DNA from: a virus
IMG/VR virus record: IMGVR_UViG_3300045988_168524
Coordinates: 1-34,792 of that record
Strand: one strand, 5' to 3'
Length of the DNA stretch: 34,792 nt
The notes under the pieces were generated by a model. The model made no database searches. It was given only the letters and a program-made list of their open reading frames with translations, and was not told the DNA's origin. Below, in pieces: positions 8,939 through 17,550 of the stretch (positions are counted from its first letter, which is position 1; each line of letters opens with the position of its first letter). The position numbers and the translations under genes are program-made.

Positions 8939-9160
8939 TTAGTCGTTTTCTGGGAGACTATCTAACGCAGCCTTCCAGTTGGCGATTTTTTCGGCCACTC
9001 CTGGCTCGTCTCCAAGGAACAGGTCAATAAACAATAGAACTGAATCGACAAAGCCAGCCCCATCGCATTGTTCGTGACTATCTAGGAGCGCTATTTGGTC
9101 AGGGGCGGCGTGAGCTTCGAAGAACGCACGCGTAGAAGCGTAAAGCCCGTCGTAAGTCAT
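8939..9160 (-). CDS. Small acidic protein (73 aa), candidate immunity protein to the upstream MuF-fused toxin-like domain
   Basis: ATG at 9160 overlaps the MuF gene stop as ATGA. The protein is acidic, and a terminator follows it. Head modules do not normally carry an extra gene here. Confidence 0.5.
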   Translation of the reverse strand: MTYDGLYASTRAFFEAHAAPDQIALLDSHEQCDGAGFVDSVLLFIDLFLGDEPGVAEKIANWKAALDSLPEND

Positions 9161-10377
9161 CGTTTTTCATCCACCAAGTAGCCGGTAACAGTTATATTGT
9201 TATCCACAATAACACGCATCAGTCCTGCCTCGGTGTGGCGGTGCAATATCTGCTTTTTGCCCCTAATGTCTTGATCTGGTTTATAGATAGTTTCGAGTAT
9301 TTCGTGAGCAATTTTTTCCTTACTCCACTCTTCGGGGAATTCGGAGCCGTTATTGATCCACCCATATCCGTAAGCATGACCGCCTCTAAAGCGACTCGAT
9401 TTTTTATCGTATTCCCCGTACAAAATGTGGTTCCACTTCTTGGCGTTCAGTTTCGGGGCATCTTTCGGCCAATCTGGCGGTGGCGTAGCGGGTACTACTG
9501 GTGGTAGTTTCACGATTTGTCCTTTAGGGAAATCAGTCGCAAAAAACCGGTCTACAACTTTTTGTCGATACGCATTCCATACCTCGCCCGGTAGAGTCCC
9601 GTCAGCCTTACCTTTCCGCTTGCCCTGCCCGAACTTCGCGGAATCAGAAAAGGCTTCCGGGTTAGCCAGACGCATACCTTTAAGAACATTCTCAGGGGTA
9701 GCAGGCACGCCGGCGCGTTCCGCAACTAACCTTCCCCGCTCATACAAATCCATGTAAGGCGAAGGATCATAGCCTTTAATGCTGCCTTTACCCCAGTGTG
9801 GAATAATCCGACAGTCACAGTCATCATGGAACTTTTCTTTATAGCCGGCGGTTTCCTGCGTATAGTATGCGAAGCCACGAGACGCAAGCATCACACAAAA
9901 GGCGCAAGTCTTCTTACCGTAAGGGATACGTGCCCATCTTGGCTTGGACGGGTCAAACCGGATGTTACGGCGCACGGTACGGCGCGCCCTCCGGGTCATT
10001 TCCCGCTCAAAATCAGGGGCTATCTTGTCAAAAAGTGCCTGCGCTAACCCATCGGTGCCTTGCCGGGTTTTCACGGCATAAAAAGCCGTATCCACATCAA
10101 TCCTGCCCCTAAGCACAGACAGGTCAGCCCGTTCCACAATCGCCCGATAATTCGCGTCAGGGTGAATCTGTTCATACCATTGCGCCGCCGCTTCCGCAGC
10201 CACCAAACCGTACCGGTCTAAAAGCTCCGGCAATAACCGGTTCAAAAACTCGAGAAGCTCGGTCTCGTCCACCAGTTCTGGCAGGCCGCGTAAGCGGTTT
10301 TTGAGTTCTTTTAGAGCTTTAGTTTTTAGGATGGCTTGCGTTTTTGAAAACCGGTTAGCATCTGCCAGGGAGGTCAC
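9157..10377 (-). CDS. MuF-like minor head protein (SPP1 gp7 family) with a C-terminal toxin-like extension
   Basis: 406-aa ORF between the portal and scaffold genes. Its GTG start overlaps the portal stop as GTGA. The MuF-type motif …HDDCDCRIIPHW sits at residues ~184-196. The roughly 100 aa that follow (…WNHILYGEYDKKSSRFRGGHAYGYGWINNGSEFPEEWSKEKIAHEILETI…VIVDNNITVTGY) resemble bacterial EndoU-type nuclease toxin domains as I recall them. Confidence 0.7.
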   Translation of the reverse strand: MTSLADANRFSKTQAILKTKALKELKNRLRGLPELVDETELLEFLNRLLPELLDRYGLVAAEAAAQWYEQIHPDANYRAIVERADLSVLRGRIDVDTAFYAVKTRQGTDGLAQALFDKIAPDFEREMTRRARRTVRRNIRFDPSKPRWARIPYGKKTCAFCVMLASRGFAYYTQETAGYKEKFHDDCDCRIIPHWGKGSIKGYDPSPYMDLYERGRLVAERAGVPATPENVLKGMRLANPEAFSDSAKFGQGKRKGKADGTLPGEVWNAYRQKVVDRFFATDFPKGQIVKLPPVVPATPPPDWPKDAPKLNAKKWNHILYGEYDKKSSRFRGGHAYGYGWINNGSEFPEEWSKEKIAHEILETIYKPDQDIRGKKQILHRHTEAGLMRVIVDNNITVTGYLVDEKR

Positions 10378-11822
10378 TTCTGAACCTCACTAGCGCCCTC
10401 ATTCTCATCTTCCGCGTTTTCGCCCTCTGCGTTACCCCTTAGGAGCTGCTGTATCAACGTCGCTCCTTCGGCGCGTTTACGTTCCCCCTGCAACCGGTCA
10501 ATCTCCTGGCGAGAAAAACCCGCATACTCGAGCGCAATCTCAGAATCAGCAAACCACGGGAACGCGGCGACCAGCTTGGAAAGCGAATCAGCAGCCAAAG
10601 CTGAACCCGGCTTCAAGTTCGCAAACTTCGCGCCAATCCCAAACGCTTCACTAGGCAACTCATCCAGCCCGTCACGCAACGCTATAACCTTGCGTGCCAC
10701 CCGCTCCAAAGCGTTAGCGTGCGCCAAGTTAGCAGTAGTAGCCCGCGTATAAAGCGCATCCTTAGCAACCCGCATAGCCTCAGCGCTAGAAGGATTATCC
10801 TGCACAATACCAAGCGAAGACACCGGCAAATCAGTTTCCGCCGCAAACTGCGACGCATACCAACGATACTGATCCAATAGGGGCTGCATAGTCATTTGCG
10901 CGAACTGTTGCACATTAGGTGCTTGCCCGTCCTCATCCCTACTAAAACCAACCCACCGGTCAATCGCAAGATTCCATTTACCAGACGCGAAAGCATCCTC
11001 ATCAACACCGATAGCAGCCATACGCGGCGCAGTATAAAACTCAGCCGAAACCTCAGCCCGCAAAATAGTGCGCATAGCGTTATCAGTAATCGCCATAACC
11101 GGGCGCGAAATCCGAGACCTACCGAAAGGCCGCGAAATATCCGGGTCATACACGATAGGTTCTGCCATCACCTGCCGGTAAGGATTCACCCGCCTATCCG
11201 CGCTCCACCCCCCACCAGGGAGCCTAGTGATACGGATAGTTGCTTCAGGCAAGAAAATATCCGCGATAGTGGGACGCCCATCTTTATCGGTATCAATAAT
11301 GGAGAGCATTCCGTCCATTTCGCGGCGCACCCTATCCCACGTGGCAGCCGAATACTCAGCCGAACGCGCCATAATAAGAATCTCACCCGGCACTTCCGGA
11401 TTCTCCGCCACCGTAAGAAAAGCACAAGAATGCTTATAGGCACTCCGTACCGCCTGAGAAAACTCCATAGAGAAGTGATTTCGCTCCAAAATGGGGGACA
11501 GCCCAAACGGGTCGGTTACCCCGTCTTTAGACACGAAGCCTTCAAAAATCGATAAATCAGCAAGCGCATCAACAGCTTTCGCCGGCCAACCAATCACCGA
11601 AGAAATCCGGGCAGCCACCTGCGGAGGAGTCGAAATAAAAAGATTCTTAACCGGAACTTTTCCGTCATAATAAGACGACCGCAACAGATTACGCGAAAGT
11701 TTGCGAGACCAAACCGCCCAAAGCGCCCGTATCTTATCCGCTTCCAGCGGGCTAACACCTTTGATGGTTTCAGGCGGGTTGAAAGCTGTCCCGGCGGTAA
11801 GCGCATTCTCAAAAAAAGTCAC
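10374..11822 (-). CDS. Portal protein
   Basis: 482-aa ORF directly downstream of terL. Its GTG start overlaps the terL stop. Size and position are those of a portal. Confidence 0.85.
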   Translation of the reverse strand: MTFFENALTAGTAFNPPETIKGVSPLEADKIRALWAVWSRKLSRNLLRSSYYDGKVPVKNLFISTPPQVAARISSVIGWPAKAVDALADLSIFEGFVSKDGVTDPFGLSPILERNHFSMEFSQAVRSAYKHSCAFLTVAENPEVPGEILIMARSAEYSAATWDRVRREMDGMLSIIDTDKDGRPTIADIFLPEATIRITRLPGGGWSADRRVNPYRQVMAEPIVYDPDISRPFGRSRISRPVMAITDNAMRTILRAEVSAEFYTAPRMAAIGVDEDAFASGKWNLAIDRWVGFSRDEDGQAPNVQQFAQMTMQPLLDQYRWYASQFAAETDLPVSSLGIVQDNPSSAEAMRVAKDALYTRATTANLAHANALERVARKVIALRDGLDELPSEAFGIGAKFANLKPGSALAADSLSKLVAAFPWFADSEIALEYAGFSRQEIDRLQGERKRAEGATLIQQLLRGNAEGENAEDENEGASEVQK

Positions 11823-13273
11823 TATAAAGCCACCGCCTTTCTGCCAGGACGCCGCCTAGTATTACGAGATGCCCAAAAAGCGAGAGTGAGCGCATCTAAA
11901 CAAATCACGGTGCCCTCCTCACTCTTCGCAGCCCAACCGAAACCACCATCACGCCCAATAGGACGCTTAACTGCGCCCTCAACCTGTTTAATGGTTTCCT
12001 CTTGCTCAATAGTCGAAATCGTTTTATCCCTAATCGCTTGCTCCAGCATGGAATGAGCAGCAATCAACTGATCCACGCGTGGGCAAATAATCGCCTTCTT
12101 CGGATAACCCGCTTCAATCAACTCATTTACTAGCATGCCGCTGCCATATTTGCCATCGATAGCTACAGCGGCGGTCTTATCTTTCCGGTCAAGCAGGAAA
12201 TCTTTTAACCAGCCTGTACCTTCCCGCATGGATTCCCACCGGATAGCCTCCATATGCGTACGACCGGTTTTCGGTCGCATCGCTCCGGCAAGTGCCACCT
12301 GCGCTCCATCAGCGGAAAACTTCACACCAAACATCACCCGCCCATCACTGGGCACTTGCTCTTCGTTGATGAAGAGTTCACGCCAATCAACCAGGTCAAT
12401 CGCCTTAATATTCGCGCCGCCCTGCCACTGCCCAAGCCGCTCCCTAGCAAACCCATCAGGCGACATCGTGCGCTGCTCATCCTGCACCGACCCCACCGCC
12501 AAACGAATACCCAACGCCGGATTAGTATCATAAGCAAGTTCCCGCCACCTAGTAGCGGCTTTTTCCGGGGTCAAATCATCCGGAATAGAAAACTCACACC
12601 AAGCAAGCCGCCTATCCCTACCAGACACCCCCAAACCTCGAGTGCGTTCAAAAACCGTGCCAGGAGAACGCGGCCCCGGAGGAGTCCCGGTGTAAATCTG
12701 TTGCGGGTCACGAGAGGGAGCAGAAGAAATCGTAGGCAGCAAAGCTTCAAGCTGTTCATCGGTGAGGTCTTGCGCCTCATCCATCACCAAATCATCGACC
12801 GTATATCCACGACCAGACCCACGCGACCGGGCAATAAACTCCACCGACGCACCGTTAATTAGCTCGATAGCTTCCTGACCGTTCGTGCGCCTAATAGATT
12901 TCAGCATTTCAGCCAGCTCAGGAAAAGCCCGGTCATTCTCAAAAAACCCGGCAATCCTAGTAAACGCTTTACGAGCCGTTTTCACCTCATGCGCCGTATG
13001 CAGAATCTTGCGCCCTTGAATCACCATTTTATAGAGCTCAACGATTTCAAGAACCGCGTTTTTTCCGTTCTGGCGAGGAACGCTTAGCCCCACCCTAGAG
13101 TGAATCAGCCGCATGTTCTTATATTCTGCAAACCAGCTGTCTAGGCAGGTTTGCTGCCACGGGTCAGGAGCAAGCCCATAACGCGAAGCGAGGTAACCTG
13201 CGTCTTGCCCAGAAGAAAACTCAAACGGCGCATGGGTATTTATCCTTGCGGCTTGGTTTCCTTCCCGGCTCAC
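11822..13273 (-). CDS. terL: Terminase large subunit
   Basis: 483 aa with an ATPase Walker B-like VMDEAQDL and a C-terminal nuclease region. The GTG start overlaps the terS stop as GTGA. Confidence 0.9.
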   Translation of the reverse strand: MSREGNQAARINTHAPFEFSSGQDAGYLASRYGLAPDPWQQTCLDSWFAEYKNMRLIHSRVGLSVPRQNGKNAVLEIVELYKMVIQGRKILHTAHEVKTARKAFTRIAGFFENDRAFPELAEMLKSIRRTNGQEAIELINGASVEFIARSRGSGRGYTVDDLVMDEAQDLTDEQLEALLPTISSAPSRDPQQIYTGTPPGPRSPGTVFERTRGLGVSGRDRRLAWCEFSIPDDLTPEKAATRWRELAYDTNPALGIRLAVGSVQDEQRTMSPDGFARERLGQWQGGANIKAIDLVDWRELFINEEQVPSDGRVMFGVKFSADGAQVALAGAMRPKTGRTHMEAIRWESMREGTGWLKDFLLDRKDKTAAVAIDGKYGSGMLVNELIEAGYPKKAIICPRVDQLIAAHSMLEQAIRDKTISTIEQEETIKQVEGAVKRPIGRDGGFGWAAKSEEGTVICLDALTLAFWASRNTRRRPGRKAVAL

Positions 13274-13674
13274 GCTGCCCCTTTCCGTCTAGCCTCCCGC
13301 CTAGCTTTCAACTCATCAATCGGAGTAGCTTTTTGTTTGACCGGGGCAGGCTGGTTGGCTTGTTTCTTGTCAGTGAAAAACGCGCGCCGGTCACTAATCT
13401 TCAGCGCTACTTCCATAGCCTTCAAATCACCATCAAGCGCCTGCCTATAAGCCACCTGGTAAAGATTATCGAGCCGCTCTAGTTCAATATCTACCAGCTT
13501 CTCAGGAAGATTTAGATTGTCTTCTTCTAAAGCCGTGTTCACGTCATGGTGAGCAAGCTGCGGGGAAATCCCCAACGCTTCCCCAACCTTGCGATAGGTT
13601 AGCCCCTGCTTGCGGAGCTCTAGCGCTCTTTGGCGGCGCAGGAGAAGATCCATGTTACTATTTCTCATAATCAC
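13270..13674 (-). CDS. terS: Terminase small subunit (HTH DNA-binding)
   Basis: 134 aa with an N-terminal HTH (LELRKQGLTYRKVGEALGISPQLAHHDV) and a basic C-terminus. It lies directly upstream of terL. The start is ambiguous: GTG at 13674, ATG at 13668, or ATG at 13653. Confidence 0.7.
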   Translation of the reverse strand: MIMRNSNMDLLLRRQRALELRKQGLTYRKVGEALGISPQLAHHDVNTALEEDNLNLPEKLVDIELERLDNLYQVAYRQALDGDLKAMEVALKISDRRAFFTDKKQANQPAPVKQKATPIDELKARREARRKGAA

Positions 13675-13881
13675 TATTTTCCGACTCGAAAAGCAGGAGT
13701 TACCCGCGTGTCGATTTGTGTTTTCGAATTGTCCTGTTTTTTATCGGGGGGATATTTCCCTAAGCTGCCGGTGTGACAAATGTGCAGGTGGGGGGCATTT
13801 CACCCTGGGTTTTAGAGCGTTTACGCAGGTAAATGCTCAATATCTGTTCCATTTTTTGCGTTTATGCAGGTCAGCGGGGTT
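13675..13881. promoter_or_regulatory. Non-coding region between the HNH gene and terS with G-tract direct repeats and an inverted repeat. Candidate cos / terminase-binding site.
   Basis: Direct repeats GGGGGGATATTTCCC (13746-13760), GGGGGGCATTTCACCC (13789-13804) and GGGGTTTCACC (13874-13884). Inverted repeat TCGAAAA…TTTTCGA around 13688-13735. The HNH-terS adjacency is typical of cos phages. Confidence 0.4.
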
Positions 13882-14211
13882 TCACCATTTAGAGGCGCTG
13901 GTCATAGCGCCAGCAGGTGACGGGGAAGGCTTAGATGCTTGCCCGACACGCTTATGAACCTGATTCTTGGCTTTAGATCCTAATGATTGGTTGCAGTAGC
14001 GGCAGATGATGCGCCCGTTTTGCATGGTGGTTTTTCCGCCTTGGATTACTGGCGTGATGTGATCCGCTTCCGGGCTGTCAGGTTGTTTACTGGTTCCCCA
14101 TGCTAGGGGTGTGCCGCAGATGGGGCAGCGGGTTTGTCCTGCATGTTTTGCGCGGTGGATTAACCTGGTGCGCCATTGGCGGTGTTTAGATGTGCCGGTT
14201 CTGCTGCTCAT
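13882..14211 (-). CDS. HNH endonuclease (terminase-associated)
   Basis: 109 aa with CPICGTPL…DHITPVIQGG…NGRIICRYCN, i.e. paired Cys pairs flanking an HNH core, immediately upstream of terS. Confidence 0.85.
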   Translation of the reverse strand: MSSRTGTSKHRQWRTRLIHRAKHAGQTRCPICGTPLAWGTSKQPDSPEADHITPVIQGGKTTMQNGRIICRYCNQSLGSKAKNQVHKRVGQASKPSPSPAGAMTSASKW

Positions 14212-14285
14212 ATATCTTGGGTAGGTGCGCTAAAAGGGAACTGTTAGGTGCGCTTTAAAAGAGTTTTAGGCGCACTAAATACGCC
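14212..14285. promoter_or_regulatory. Three direct repeats TAGGTGCGCT / TAGGTGCGCT / TAGGCGCACT, spaced ~23 bp, in front of the late (HNH-terminase) operon
   Basis: The repeats sit at 14222-14236, 14245-14261 and 14267-14282. Each contains the palindromic core GCGC. They are the only non-coding DNA between the upstream Zn-ribbon/HTH gene and the HNH gene. Confidence 0.45.
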
Positions 14286-15029
14286 CTACGCGTGACAGTA
14301 TACCAGTTTTTTGCGGATTTGGTTGGCTTTATAGAGGTTGTGTCCTGCTTTGTCTTTGCGGGTGGTGATTTGATCGCGATGCGCCCATTGGCGAAGTCTC
14401 GCGCTAGTGAGCCCGGGAAAGATTTGGACTGCTTTGGCGGCGGTGATCCATTGACTAGAGCGGGCTATGGTTTCGCGGGCTGCGAGCGCAAACTCTAGGG
14501 TACGCCACGCTTTGGGGCACTCAGGGCAGTAGAAGAGGTCGTCCCAGCCTTTAGCGCTGTAGCGTTTGCGGGTAGGTGTTCCGCAGATGGGGCAGGAGCC
14601 ATAGATTTCAACCGGTGAGGTTATTTTTTGTACCCGCCGTTTAAGGGTGTCGATATCTTCTAACAGGAGGGGCAGGTCTTCATTCTCGGTTTCGGTCATG
14701 GTGTCTATGGCTTCGTGGAGGGTTCCCCATGTATCGGCGGGGTCTAGCTGGAGGGTTTGGGTTAGGGTTTGTGCCCATGCGTCTAGTACGCCTCTGATGG
14801 CTGGCCAGGTTTTGGCTCCGTCTGCTCCGAGGTGGGGTTCGTCTAACCATTTTTCGGCGTGGAAAGGCAGGGCGTAGGGATCGCGGCCACTGGCGTGCCT
14901 GGGGCTGGTGTTGCCTGTTTTCATGGTGGCTAGGTCGATGATGCCGGGGTAGCGACCGTCCCAGGTTTCTAGGACGTTGAGGCAGTGGTGTCCGTGTTTG
15001 GGGGTGCCGGTTTTTGGTTGCTCTGGCAT
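14286..15029 (-). CDS. Zn-ribbon plus C-terminal HTH protein, putative late-gene regulator
   Basis: 247 aa with CPICGTPTRKRY…FYCPECPKAW (a four-Cys ribbon), followed by an HTH-like segment ITAAKAVQIFPGLTSARLRQWAHR. AAAGGA SD. Confidence 0.6.
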   Translation of the reverse strand: MPEQPKTGTPKHGHHCLNVLETWDGRYPGIIDLATMKTGNTSPRHASGRDPYALPFHAEKWLDEPHLGADGAKTWPAIRGVLDAWAQTLTQTLQLDPADTWGTLHEAIDTMTETENEDLPLLLEDIDTLKRRVQKITSPVEIYGSCPICGTPTRKRYSAKGWDDLFYCPECPKAWRTLEFALAARETIARSSQWITAAKAVQIFPGLTSARLRQWAHRDQITTRKDKAGHNLYKANQIRKKLVYCHA

Positions 15030-15044
15030 TGGCGATCCTTTTTG

Positions 15045-15362
15045 TTATGCGGCTAGGTTGTCTCGGTAGTGTTTTAGGGGGTGTCCGGCGTATGGGATAG
15101 CGTCGCAGGGGCGTATTTGCCATTTGGATTTGGTGGCGTGTTCTTCCCCGAGCTTGCGGCATTCCGGTTTGACGGGGCAAGTATCGCATAGGGTGTGTAT
15201 GCGTTTTTGTATATGCGGGTTGTCCCAGGTGGTGGGGTGGTCGGTTAGTAGGTCGATTAGGGCTCTACCGGCGGGGGTTGCGCATTTGGCGTCGAGTGCC
15301 CAGGCTTTTGCTACGGGGGCTTTAGCGCGGGGACGGGGCGGGCGTGTGGTTTTAGGGTGCAT
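15045..15362 (-). CDS. whiB: WhiB-family transcription factor
   Basis: 105 aa with four Cys, including CDTCPVKPEC (the C-X2-C-X5-C WhiB signature), and a basic C-terminus. This family is restricted to Actinomycetota and their phages. Confidence 0.8.
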   Translation of the reverse strand: MHPKTTRPPRPRAKAPVAKAWALDAKCATPAGRALIDLLTDHPTTWDNPHIQKRIHTLCDTCPVKPECRKLGEEHATKSKWQIRPCDAIPYAGHPLKHYRDNLAA

Positions 15363-15661
15363 TATTTTTGGTCTTTCTTTTGGGCTTGAATTGTGGCTTG
15401 TTCAATCGTCAAGCCAGGATTACTGCGGTATTTTTCTAGCGCCCTGGCGGGTAGGTTTGGGTCGTCCCAGTCGCACGACAAGCGCGAGCCTGTATCGTGT
15501 AGGATTCGGCACCAGGTTTCGCTCGTCACTTGGGCAGCGGGCTTGGTTGCAGGGTCTCCGGTAGGCGCGGCTATGGTGGCTATTCCTACGGCGAGTAGGG
15601 CGGCGACTGCAATAATTAAAAGGAGTTTCGCCCATGTGTCCGGGTTTAACGGGTCTCGCAT
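15362..15661 (-). CDS. Small membrane-anchored protein
   Basis: 99 aa with an N-terminal hydrophobic helix (LLLIIAVAALLAVGIATIAA). Its ATG overlaps the whiB-side stop. Confidence 0.55.
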   Translation of the reverse strand: MRDPLNPDTWAKLLLIIAVAALLAVGIATIAAPTGDPATKPAAQVTSETWCRILHDTGSRLSCDWDDPNLPARALEKYRSNPGLTIEQATIQAQKKDQK

Positions 15662-15972
15662 TTCCCCTCCTCTTTTTCTAGCGTCTCTAGCTGGCAGAGA
15701 TAATGGTCAAGTTTTCGGGTGTTTTCGTGGATTAACTCAGCCTGAGCTTTTAGATTGCGGGTATGGTCGAGCATTTCTTTTACCTGCTCCACCAAAAACC
15801 AGGTGGGTGGGATTGGTGGTTCAGTTTCGCGTATAGTTCCCCTGATGATTGCTTGGCATTCGTCCGCGGCTTGTAGGGCTTTCATAGCGGTTAGCATTTG
15901 GGCGCGGATTTCGATAATGCACCAGTCAGTATCGGCTTTAAGATTTTTCAGGGTCTCATTTACGGTGCTCAC
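15646..15972 (-). CDS. Small helical hypothetical protein (array member 1/7)
   Basis: 108 aa. GTG start with a GAGGAGG SD. GTGA overlap with the upstream gene. Confidence 0.55.
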   Translation of the reverse strand: MSTVNETLKNLKADTDWCIIEIRAQMLTAMKALQAADECQAIIRGTIRETEPPIPPTWFLVEQVKEMLDHTRNLKAQAELIHENTRKLDHYLCQLETLEKEEGKCETR

Positions 15973-16334
15973 TTATTTGCCTCCTCTACTCGTAGTCGTT
16001 CCCAGGTTTCCTTGCCGTCTTGTTTTTCGCGGTAGTTTCGCCGGGTCTTGAGTATTCTCAGAGCCTCCCGGGTTTCGTAGGCTTTGATCATGGTTTCGTC
16101 GGCGGCTTTTTGTGCCTCTACTGCGAAATCATTGATTTGGTCGAGGTCGTGCTCTAGGGCTTCTATCCCGTCGATAATGCCCTCATCGGTTAGCCCTGCT
16201 ACCCAGCCGTTGAAAGCATAGGCGGCGGTTAATAGGGCTTGCGCGTTAGTGTCTGTCTCAGCGGCGGAATCTGCGATAACCCGGGAAAATGTGCGGGTTT
16301 TTTCTGCGAGTTTTCGGTCTCTATTTTTCAGCAT
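15969..16334 (-). CDS. Small helical hypothetical protein (array member 2/7)
   Basis: 121 aa. ATG start with a GAGGAGG SD. Confidence 0.6.
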   Translation of the reverse strand: MLKNRDRKLAEKTRTFSRVIADSAAETDTNAQALLTAAYAFNGWVAGLTDEGIIDGIEALEHDLDQINDFAVEAQKAADETMIKAYETREALRILKTRRNYREKQDGKETWERLRVEEANK

Positions 16335-16650
16335 TCCCTGCCTCCTCGCTATTATTTAGAGCGCGGGCGGTTTTGATGAGCTTTTCAATCGTCGCTATCT
16401 GAGCAGCCACCACGCCGGATATGGTCTCTAGGTCGTCCGCTAAAATCCCCAATTTTTCGATTAGCTCATCTAGATTTTCCGGGTGTTTTATTAGATTTTT
16501 AGGGGTGATTGCTTGTAAATGCCCCTCAATGACCCCTAGCGTGTTCCCTAGTTTTATCGCGAGTTCTTGTATGTGGCAGACGGAGCGCCCGATGCCTTTT
16601 CCGTTGATTTGTATAGCTCGCATGGTCTCCATGTATTCGTGGCTAACCAT
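16321..16650 (-). CDS. Small helical hypothetical protein (array member 3/7)
   Basis: 109 aa. ATG at 16650 with an 8-nt overlap onto the upstream gene. Confidence 0.55.
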   Translation of the reverse strand: MVSHEYMETMRAIQINGKGIGRSVCHIQELAIKLGNTLGVIEGHLQAITPKNLIKHPENLDELIEKLGILADDLETISGVVAAQIATIEKLIKTARALNNSEEAGNAEK

Positions 16651-16978
16651 TTTTGCGCCCTTTCTTTTCTAGCTGGGTAAGCTCATGCCTAATCGACAGC
16701 ACGGATTTAGGGATTCTGGCTATTTCGACTTGTGCCTGTGCTGCCTGGTCATTTATCCAGGCGAGCGCGTCCTCCATGTCTGCCGTATCCTTGAAAATTG
16801 AGCCGTACGTATAGTCTTTCCCGGCGTAGGGGGTGCAGGTTTCCATAGCCTTATGCACACATTCCAAGGCGATACCGAGCTGACTTTGCGCGGTAATGAT
16901 ACTTCCTGCGGCGTACGTGAGGCCGCGCCAGATGCGGTCTTGCGGGGTATCCATGCGATAGCCTCGTTTTTTACTCAT
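16643..16978 (-). CDS. Small helical hypothetical protein (array member 4/7)
   Basis: 111 aa. ATG at 16978. Shares a P-x-[DE]-R-I-W motif with member 6. Confidence 0.55.
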   Translation of the reverse strand: MSKKRGYRMDTPQDRIWRGLTYAAGSIITAQSQLGIALECVHKAMETCTPYAGKDYTYGSIFKDTADMEDALAWINDQAAQAQVEIARIPKSVLSIRHELTQLEKKGRKNG

Positions 16979-17252
16979 CGTCTACTACCTCCCCAGCTAG
17001 TAGCGTCCGGAGGGTGTAGGACAATTGCCGGATACGGTCGGTGTTGGTGGCGGCGAGGATTGCGGCTGTTCCCACTCCGCCCGCGAGTATCTTTAGCCCT
17101 ACAGATTCTTCGGATTCCGGGTTATCTAGGTAGTCCTCTATGCTTCTGCCGATTTTGGATAGTTGGAGCGTGATTTGAGCGTGCTCATAGATATTTTTAG
17201 TGAGTTGCCGCGCGGTAGCGCTTATATCCTGGTCTAGTTCGAGGTTAGTCAT
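16971..17252 (-). CDS. Small helical hypothetical protein (array member 5/7)
   Basis: 93 aa. ATG at 17252. Confidence 0.55.
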   Translation of the reverse strand: MTNLELDQDISATARQLTKNIYEHAQITLQLSKIGRSIEDYLDNPESEESVGLKILAGGVGTAAILAATNTDRIRQLSYTLRTLLAGEVVDDE

Positions 17253-17550
17253 TTACTCTCTCTTTTCTAATTTCGTTTAATTCTTTTTTGATTTGTTGTG
17301 TGTAGAGGAGCATCCCTGAGAGGTCATCGGCGGCGCTAGTGGCGGCGTATTCTAATCTTTCGATTTGTTTCTCGAACATTTCGAGGTCATCAGTAATTAG
17401 TTTTTGCCTGCTAAATGGGGACAGGAAGCCGAGTATGAGGGGAAGGTCATGCATAATGTTTGCGCAATTATTATGTGCAGATCCGGCATCACAGTGAATC
17501 ATGCTTAGGCATGACCAGATTCTCTCTAGGGGTGATTCATCGGGATTCAT
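17245..17550 (-). CDS. Small helical hypothetical protein (array member 6/7)
   Basis: 101 aa. ATG at 17550. N-terminal motif SPLERIW. Confidence 0.55.
   Translation of the reverse strand: MNPDESPLERIWSCLSMIHCDAGSAHNNCANIMHDLPLILGFLSPFSRQKLITDDLEMFEKQIERLEYAATSAADDLSGMLLYTQQIKKELNEIRKERVND

Noticed and set aside
10896-12862. Long plus-strand ORFs (219, 202, 132 aa) antisense to the portal and terL genes
   Set aside because: Antisense frames of high-GC genes translate into Arg/Pro/His-rich low-complexity products. Portal and terL are clearly the real genes.
14680-15189. 169-aa Arg/Pro-rich minus-strand ORF overlapping the Zn-ribbon/HTH gene and whiB
   Set aside because: It is an alternate frame of GC-rich coding DNA. 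Its composition is extreme (RPRR…), it has no SD, and it overlaps two well-supported genes.
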